Positions 16,914-24,000 of a stretch of DNA of 24,000 bases are shown here, one piece after another. Each line of letters begins with the position of its first letter. Position 1 is the first letter of the stretch. Origin of the DNA: Ignatzschineria sp. RMDPL8A (GTDB lineage: Bacteria; Pseudomonadota; Gammaproteobacteria; Cardiobacteriales; Wohlfahrtiimonadaceae); assembly GCF_029815055.1 (NCBI RefSeq), contig NZ_JAPPWA010000001.1:113635-137634 (forward strand), in the 5' to 3' direction. Under the pieces are notes generated by a model that worked only from the letters and a program-made list of their open reading frames with translations, did not search any database and was not told where the DNA came from. The translations under genes and the position numbers were made by a program.

Positions 16914-16932
16914 TTTTTAATCTGTCTTGCTA
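16904..16932 (-). promoter_or_regulatory. Candidate birA promoter overlapping the upstream arm of the terminator
   Basis: The minus strand reads TAGCAA (rc of 16927-16932, 3/6), a 17-nt spacer, then TATCAT (rc of 16904-16909, 5/6). The predicted start would fall inside the hairpin loop, so birA mRNA would lack the 5' arm of the terminator. Confidence 0.25.
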
Positions 16933-16954
16933 CTTATCTTCGTATCTTTCGCGA

Positions 16955-17059
16955 TTAGCTAAAAAGAATGACCGAGAAAAGTGCGATCCAGCCCACTGCA
17001 CATAATAAACCAATGATAAACAGTGGAAGCTTATAAATAAATAAACTCTCTTTTTGCAT
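16955..17059 (-). CDS. Unannotated 34-aa hydrophobic small ORF (putative single-pass membrane peptide)
   Basis: It is below the ORF-track size cutoff. ATG at 17059..17057 is preceded by a GGGGG tract 5 nt upstream (TGGGGGTACGT-ATG). It encodes MQKESLFIYKLPLFIIGLLCAVGWIALFSVILFS, with the stop TAA at 16957..16955. It lies 35 nt downstream of the aspC stop and immediately upstream of a terminator. I recognise no homology. Confidence 0.35.
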   Translation of the reverse strand: MQKESLFIYKLPLFIIGLLCAVGWIALFSVILFS

Positions 17060-17093
17060 ACGTACCCCCAAAATAATTTGCGTATTCTACTAA

Positions 17094-18293
17094 CTATAAT
17101 ACATTAACAACCGCTTCGGCTGCAACTTCGATATTTTTATCATTGAGCGCAGCGATACAAATTCTTCCCGAATCAACGGTATATATAGCATAGTCGGTTT
17201 TGAGTTTGGCAACCTGATTCTTATCAAGCCCTGAATAAGAAAACATCCCGGCTTGCTGATTAATAAACTCAAAATCCACTTTAGACTGCTTCTCATTGAG
17301 GAGTTTGACAAATTTCTCACGCATCGCTTTAATCCGATCGCGCATCTCGCCAAGCTCTTTTTCCCACAGTACACGCAGCTCATCGTCAGCTAATACACAT
17401 TGCACAATGCGCGCGCCATGTGATGGTGGTGATGAATAGATCGCACGAACCATGCGTTTAAGTTGTGAGGTGACCGTCACTTGCTCCGCTTCATCACTCG
17501 TTGTCACCGTTAATGCGCCAATTCGCTCGCTATAAAGTGAAAACGATTTTGAAAATGAACTTGCGATAAAGGTAGGAAGACCACGCTCAGCAAAGATATG
17601 AATCGCGGCAGCATCTTCTTTAATCCCTTTCGAGAATCCTTGATATGCCATATCTAAAAAGGGAATGAGGCTCTTTTCTTTAAAGAGATCGGCCAGTTTT
17701 TCCCACTCATCAAGGGTGAGATCTGCGCCGGTTGGGTTATGGCAACAGGTATGTAAAATCACGACCGAGCTTTCAGGAAGCTCGCTTAAAAATTGATACA
17801 TCCCCTCAAAATCAACGCCACGTGTTGTTTCATCAAAGTAAGGATAATCATCGACTTCAAAGCCTGCTCCCTCAAAAATAGCACGGTGATTGTTCCACGT
17901 CGGACGAGAGATATAGGCTTTTGTTCCTGCAGGTACGATTGAAAAGAGGAAATCGGCACCCACTTTAAGCGCACCCGTTCCCCCGAGCGATTGTACGGTG
18001 GCGAGACGCTTTTCCTGATAGAGCGGGTGATCCGCACCAAAGAGTAACTTTTGAACGCAATCATTATAGCTGCCTAAACCATCCATAGGCAGATAAACGC
18101 GCGGTTCATTCTGGCTCGCTAAGATCTCCTCAGCACGCTGTACCGCTTCTAAGACCGGCACTTTTCCGTCATGATCGGAATAGATACCAATGCTTAAATT
18201 CACCTTGTCTGCCCGTGGATCTTTCTTAAAGCTCTCAACGACTCCCAAAATAGGATCATTAGGAGCTTGTTCAACTTGTTCAAACAGCTTCAT
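17094..18293 (-). CDS. aspC: Aspartate/aromatic-amino-acid aminotransferase (class I, AspC/TyrB type)
   Basis: It is collinear with E. coli AspC: F..V..AP.DPILG, GGTGALKVGADFL, CCHNPTG, AYQGF, the SSFSKSFSLYSERIG PLP-lysine motif and SSPPSHGA. AspC and TyrB specificity cannot be told apart by eye. Confidence 0.9.
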   Translation of the reverse strand: MKLFEQVEQAPNDPILGVVESFKKDPRADKVNLSIGIYSDHDGKVPVLEAVQRAEEILASQNEPRVYLPMDGLGSYNDCVQKLLFGADHPLYQEKRLATVQSLGGTGALKVGADFLFSIVPAGTKAYISRPTWNNHRAIFEGAGFEVDDYPYFDETTRGVDFEGMYQFLSELPESSVVILHTCCHNPTGADLTLDEWEKLADLFKEKSLIPFLDMAYQGFSKGIKEDAAAIHIFAERGLPTFIASSFSKSFSLYSERIGALTVTTSDEAEQVTVTSQLKRMVRAIYSSPPSHGARIVQCVLADDELRVLWEKELGEMRDRIKAMREKFVKLLNEKQSKVDFEFINQQAGMFSYSGLDKNQVAKLKTDYAIYTVDSGRICIAALNDKNIEVAAEAVVNVL

Positions 18294-18319
18294 TCTAGAG
18301 TAACTCCTTTTTTATAATT

Positions 18320-20122
18320 TTATAATGACCACACATACGCAAGTGTCGGAACGGTGGTAATCAGGATGAGAAGATCGAGCATCACTCCCATGCGCCAATA
18401 ATCTCCAAAATAATAGCCACCAGGGCCCATCACCAACGTATTGGAATGGTGCCCAATCGGCGTATTAAACGAACAGGAACACCCAATCGCAACCGCCATT
18501 AAATAGGGGTCGATATTGTGACTAAATTGAGTGGCAATTCCCACAGCGATCGGCGCCATAATTACGGCCGTCGCAGAGCTATTGATAATGTCGGTAATGA
18601 TCATCGTCGCTAGCATCACGCTCCCTAACACTAAGATAGCAGGCATTTCATCTAAAAGCGATACTATTTGTCCGACAATCAGCCCCGTTGCCCCGGTTTT
18701 CTCAACCGCTGCGCCAACGGTGATAAAGCAGCCTAGTAGCACAATTAACGGCCCTTCAATACTATGATAAGCCTCCCGAAGCGAGAGAAGTTTACTGGAA
18801 ACAAGCGCAAAGATCGCAAGAGGAAAGGCGATGTGCGCCGGTAAAATTTGAGTCGCCACGAGTAAAATGGAGATCATAAAGATCGTCACCGTCGGCCAAA
18901 GTTTTGCCGAAGGTTTTAAGCGAACATTTCGCTCCGCAAGGGGCAAGCATCCAAGCTGATTGAGCGTCTCAGGGAGCTCTTTTTTATAGCCTTGAATCAA
19001 GAGCACATCGCCAGTTTTAAGGACTAAACGCGAAAAGCGCTGATGGATCTTTTCCCCATGACGGGAGACGCCTAAAATATTGATGTGATAGCGTTCACGC
19101 AGTTGAAGATCGGCGAGTTGATGGCCCGCAATCCGCGCGCCGGGATTAATCACCACTTCCAAAAATTCAATCTCATCGTCCATGCGCTCTTTGTCACGGG
19201 GATTCGTTGAAATCGTCAATCCTGATAACAGCTCAAGTTGCTTTAACTCTTCCGGCTGCCCTTCCACCAGTAAAATATCGCCGGCTTTCAAGGTCTCCTC
19301 GGCATTCGGCGATAAGATTCGGCGCGCACCACGCAGTAGCGTTGCCACGCGGATTTTATGCTCAACGATCGCTTCAAGTTCCCCAATCGTCTTTTTGATA
19401 AATTTATTATTTTCAGGAATTTTAAGCTCTAATAGATAATCATCGGTTTCAAAAAGATTGGAATTTTCTTCGGTTTGCCGCACCGGTAAAAAGCGCCAAC
19501 CAATAAATGAGATATAGAGAAGCCCGACGGTCGCCACCACAATTCCCACCGGCAAGAAGTCAAACATCTTATAAGCGCCCATCCCGATCGATTCACGATA
19601 TTGCGCAATAATCATATTGGGCGGCGTACCAATCAGCGTCAATGTTCCGCCTAATAGCGAGGCAAAAGCCATCGGCATTAAGAGTGCCGACGCGGGAATT
19701 TTATAACGCTGGGACACCTGAAGCGCAACCGGCATAATGAGCGCCAGCGCACCCACGTCATTCATAAAAGCAGAGAAAAAGACTACAAGGCCGGAGAGCG
19801 TTAAAATCAGTAGCGACGGCGTTTTGGAAAAGCGGCTTAAATGATTGGAAAGATGGTAGGTGACCCCAGTGTTTCCAAGCGCATAACTTAAGACTAAAAC
19901 GGCGGCAACAGTCACCACCGCGCGATGACTAAAGCCCGCAAACGCATCATCCATCGGCACAATCCCGAGAAGTACGAGCGTCAATAGCGAGCCAAGCGCC
20001 ACCACATCATAGCGCCAACGCCCCCATAAAAAGGCGAAAAATGTAATGCCGAGCACACAGAGAACGATCACTTGATCATTCGGCACCGTTCCGAAAAGTG
20101 AGTTGGGCAACCATGAAATCAC
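18320..20122 (-). CDS. SLC13/DASS-type permease with two central TrkA-C (RCK_C) domains (YfbS-like)
   Basis: There are many TM segments on both sides of a soluble insert. The insert holds two TrkA-C-like units: GELEAIVEHKIRVATLLRGARRILSPNAEETLKAGDILLVEG, and LADLQLRERYHINILGVSRHGEKIHQRFSRLVLKTGDVLLIQG. The start is GTG at 20122, with AGGA 8 nt upstream, immediately after the ppk stop. Confidence 0.85.
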   Translation of the reverse strand: MISWLPNSLFGTVPNDQVIVLCVLGITFFAFLWGRWRYDVVALGSLLTLVLLGIVPMDDAFAGFSHRAVVTVAAVLVLSYALGNTGVTYHLSNHLSRFSKTPSLLILTLSGLVVFFSAFMNDVGALALIMPVALQVSQRYKIPASALLMPMAFASLLGGTLTLIGTPPNMIIAQYRESIGMGAYKMFDFLPVGIVVATVGLLYISFIGWRFLPVRQTEENSNLFETDDYLLELKIPENNKFIKKTIGELEAIVEHKIRVATLLRGARRILSPNAEETLKAGDILLVEGQPEELKQLELLSGLTISTNPRDKERMDDEIEFLEVVINPGARIAGHQLADLQLRERYHINILGVSRHGEKIHQRFSRLVLKTGDVLLIQGYKKELPETLNQLGCLPLAERNVRLKPSAKLWPTVTIFMISILLVATQILPAHIAFPLAIFALVSSKLLSLREAYHSIEGPLIVLLGCFITVGAAVEKTGATGLIVGQIVSLLDEMPAILVLGSVMLATMIITDIINSSATAVIMAPIAVGIATQFSHNIDPYLMAVAIGCSCSFNTPIGHHSNTLVMGPGGYYFGDYWRMGVMLDLLILITTVPTLAYVWSL

Positions 20123-20134
20123 GACTTAAATCCT

Positions 20135-22204
20135 CTACGACCTTGATTCAAGGAGCGCTTGTTGGGCTGAAAATGGCTCTGTTTCACCGCGTTCCACACG
20201 ATGATAATCTCCAAATTCATCCAAATACCACGCTCCCATATTATCGTTTAAATACATCTTAAGGCCTTCCTTAATGATGCGTTTCTTAATCTCATTATCC
20301 TGAATTGGAACGCCAACTTCAATACGGCGGAAAAAGTTTCGATTCATCCAATCCGCACTTGCAAAATAGAGATCTTCCGCGCCGCCATTATAGAAATAGT
20401 AGAGTCGTGAATGCTCTAAAAATCGCCCGATAATTGAGCGAACCGTAATATTATCCGACACGCCCTTAATCCCCGGTTTTAACGAGCAGGCACCGCGAAC
20501 AATTAGATCAATTTTCACCCCCGCTTGAGAGGCCTCATAGAGTTTATCGATCATTCGCTCTTCTAAAAGGGCGTTCATTTTCCCGACAATGTAGGCTTTT
20601 TCGCCCCGTTTTGCTGCCGCAATTTCCCCATCAATCTTCTCAATTAGTTCATCAAAAAGATTAAAGGGCGATTGCCATAATGTACGCAGTTTAGGCGAGC
20701 TTCCAAGACTTCCTAAACTTAAAAAGATATCCGACACATCTTTTGCGATCGCCTCATCGGAGGTTAATAGCGCCATATCTGTGTAATGTTTTGCGGTATT
20801 GGAGTGATAATTTCCGGTACTGATATGGGTATAAAAACGAAGCTCGGGCTCGCCGGTATGTTTGCTCGTTTCACGGCGCACAATGAGGAGCATTTTTGCA
20901 TGGGTTTTAAAGCCAAATACGCCATAGACCACACGAACGCCCGCCTCTTCTAAGATCGATGCCCAAGCGAGATTGGTCGCCTCATCAAAGCGCGCCATCA
21001 GCTCAAAGATTACATTGACCTCTTTCCCATTTTGCGCGGCGCGAATCAGCTCTTCCATCAGAACTGAATCATTCCCCGTCCGGTAAACGGTCATGCGAAT
21101 AATCTGCACATCCGGGTCATCTGCCGCTGCGCGAAGAAGATCGATCACCGGAGTAAAACTATCAAATGGATGGTGCAGATAGATATCATTTTTCCAAATA
21201 AGGCCAAAATAATCATCGATATTGGCCCATTTTTTAGGGACTTTCGGGGTAAAAGGCTCGTAAAAAAGCGCGTGTTTTTCTTCTAGATAAGGCAAAAGCG
21301 CACTGAGGCGAGCAAAGTTAATTAACCCTGGCACCACATAAAGATCCACCGATTTTAGATCAAATTGTGTTAGCAAGAAATCCATCAATGCAGGCGGACA
21401 TTCATGCGTCACCTCCAAGCGAACTCCATGACCAAAATTACGTTGATGGAGCTCCCCTTTTAAGGTTTGATGCAGGTTTGTGAGCTCCTCTTCATCAATA
21501 AAGAGATGGCTATTTCGCGTTAATCTAAATTGATAGCACGCCTTAACCTGCACCCCTTTAAAAATTTCTGCAATAAACGCGGTAATAATATCGCTCACAA
21601 AGACAAAACGGCGCATCTTATCCGCTTCTGGGAGCTCCACAATCCGGTGCAAATTCTTCGGAATCGGTAAAATTGCCGTCTCAATCTTGCGTCCATAAGC
21701 ATCAACGCCATCAAGCTCGATAATCAGATTTAAGGTTTTATTAGAAATATGGGGAAAGGGGTGAGCAACATCGAGTGCAATCGGCGTTAATACCGGTTTG
21801 ACGATCGACTTAAAATAATCCAGCAGAAATGCTCGATCCGATTCACTCCAGCGGTTTTCTGGCAAAATCTCAACGGATGCTTCTGATTTTAGAAGGGGCA
21901 ACAATTCATTTTCATAAAGGGCGGTCTGCTTTTCAAAAATTCGCCCAACACGTGCTTGAATCGCCTCACTCCACTCATCGACCGGCTCGCCATCTAAATG
22001 GGTAATGCCTGAATAGATGCGCTCTTTAATATTGGCAAAACGCACTTCAAAAAACTCATCTAAATTCGTCGTCACAATCGTTAAGAATCGAATGCGCTCC
22101 AAAAGCGGAATGGAGGGATCTTGCGCCTGATACAAAACGCGCTCTTGGAATGCGAGAATGGATTTTTCCCGATTGAAATAAGGATTGAGGCTCGCCGCTG
22201 TCAT
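20135..22204 (-). CDS. ppk: Polyphosphate kinase 1
   Basis: At 689 aa, it has the N-terminal YFNREKSILAFQERVL (NRELSWL.FN.RVL-type), NLDEFFEVR, and two PLD-like HKD-type regions (FKTHAKMLLIVRRE, and GRFLEHSRLYYFYNGG near the C-terminus). This is typical PPK1 length and motif order. Confidence 0.95.
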   Translation of the reverse strand: MTAASLNPYFNREKSILAFQERVLYQAQDPSIPLLERIRFLTIVTTNLDEFFEVRFANIKERIYSGITHLDGEPVDEWSEAIQARVGRIFEKQTALYENELLPLLKSEASVEILPENRWSESDRAFLLDYFKSIVKPVLTPIALDVAHPFPHISNKTLNLIIELDGVDAYGRKIETAILPIPKNLHRIVELPEADKMRRFVFVSDIITAFIAEIFKGVQVKACYQFRLTRNSHLFIDEEELTNLHQTLKGELHQRNFGHGVRLEVTHECPPALMDFLLTQFDLKSVDLYVVPGLINFARLSALLPYLEEKHALFYEPFTPKVPKKWANIDDYFGLIWKNDIYLHHPFDSFTPVIDLLRAAADDPDVQIIRMTVYRTGNDSVLMEELIRAAQNGKEVNVIFELMARFDEATNLAWASILEEAGVRVVYGVFGFKTHAKMLLIVRRETSKHTGEPELRFYTHISTGNYHSNTAKHYTDMALLTSDEAIAKDVSDIFLSLGSLGSSPKLRTLWQSPFNLFDELIEKIDGEIAAAKRGEKAYIVGKMNALLEERMIDKLYEASQAGVKIDLIVRGACSLKPGIKGVSDNITVRSIIGRFLEHSRLYYFYNGGAEDLYFASADWMNRNFFRRIEVGVPIQDNEIKKRIIKEGLKMYLNDNMGAWYLDEFGDYHRVERGETEPFSAQQALLESRS

Positions 22205-22216
22205 ATATGTTCACCC

Positions 22217-22243
22217 ATAAAAAAGCCCGTCTAAACGGGCTTT
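22217..22243 (-). terminator. Intrinsic terminator of the atp operon, immediately upstream of ppk
   Basis: The minus strand reads AAAGCCCGT-TTAG-ACGGGCTTT followed by TTTAT. The stem is a perfect 9 bp with a tetraloop, and six consecutive T include the stem end. Confidence 0.8.
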
Positions 22244-22257
22244 ACTGTTCATAGTGA

Positions 22258-22677
22258 TTACTTAAGATTCTTAAGTCGGTTTATCGCATCAAGTTGCGAT
22301 GTTGCAATACTGAGTTCAGTTTGAGCCTGTTCGACATCGAACGAGCCCTTCTCTTTATCTTCCCAGAGCTTACGCGTTTTCTCTCTAAGCGCTTCAACCG
22401 CTGCTTCATCTAAAGCATCTGCACGCTCAGCAGAATCCGCCAATACGATGATCTGGTTTGGCTGAACTTCAACAATTCCGCCTGAAATCCAGAATACATC
22501 TTCTTTACCATCAGCAAAGGTCAAGCGGACTTGACCTGGCTTTAACAGTGCTAACATCGGAACGTGACCATGATAAACCCCGATTTCACCAGAAACCGCG
22601 GTGCCTGCAAAGAAAGTAACATCACCTGAGTAGAGTTCTTTCTCGGCACTAACAATAGTTACGTTGATGGTTTTCAT
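22258..22677 (-). CDS. atpC: F0F1 ATP synthase subunit epsilon
   Basis: VTIVSAEKELYSGDVTFFAGTAVSGEIGVYHGHVPMLALLKPGQVRL parallels E. coli AtpC (VVSAEQQMFSG...GELGIYPGHAPLLTAIKPG). It starts 10 nt after the atpD stop, with an AAGGAA SD. Confidence 0.95.
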   Translation of the reverse strand: MKTINVTIVSAEKELYSGDVTFFAGTAVSGEIGVYHGHVPMLALLKPGQVRLTFADGKEDVFWISGGIVEVQPNQIIVLADSAERADALDEAAVEALREKTRKLWEDKEKGSFDVEQAQTELSIATSQLDAINRLKNLK

Positions 22678-22687
22678 GACTTATTCC

Positions 22688-24000
<1,313 letters not shown>

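Noticed and set aside
17090-17383. 97-aa minus-strand ORF overlapping the aspC 3' end
   Set aside because: It is an alternative frame of the strongly supported aspC and has no independent evidence.
22244-22330. Possible internal promoter for ppk within the atpC 3' end (TTAAGA ... TATGAA)
   Set aside because: The spacer is only 15 nt and both hexamers are weak. It is not convincing enough to annotate.

Overview
This is a dense chromosomal segment that looks gammaproteobacterial, judged from the gmk-rpoZ-spoT, rpsO-pnp and atpD-atpC arrangements and from protein similarity recalled from E. coli. GC content is moderate by eye.

Gene order, with strand:
- pnp (-, partial; missing from the ORF track because its stop lies outside the window)
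- rpsO (-)
- DUF192 (-)
- RoxA/YcfD-like JmjC ribosomal oxygenase (-)
- CHASE2-PAS histidine kinase (-)
- spoT (-)
- rpoZ (-)
- gmk (-)
- IalB-like secreted protein (+)
- mnmG (+)
- 1082-aa secreted protein made of peptidoglycan-binding repeats (+)
- birA (-)
- unannotated 34-codon hydrophobic ORF (-)
- aspC-type aminotransferase (-)
- SLC13/TrkA-C permease (-)
- ppk1 (-)
- atpC (-)
- atpD (-, partial)

I found no tRNA or rRNA genes, CRISPR arrays, transposases, integrases, phage genes or recognisable defence genes. No intergenic gap exceeds about 270 bp. Most of the window is ordinary core genome, and I do not see a clear-cut novel system.

The leads most worth a second look are:
1. The catalytic-domain-less protein of about ten PG-binding repeats, which sits where rsmG usually follows mnmG.
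2. The overlapping, apparently translationally coupled string spoT -> orphan CHASE2 kinase -> RoxA-like hydroxylase with a poly-acidic tail -> DUF192, appended to the gmk-rpoZ-spoT operon.
3. ppk1, which starts fewer than 20 nt after the atp operon terminator and is tightly packed with a DASS/TrkA-C permease and aspC.

All homology statements come from reading the translations against remembered family motifs. No searches were run.
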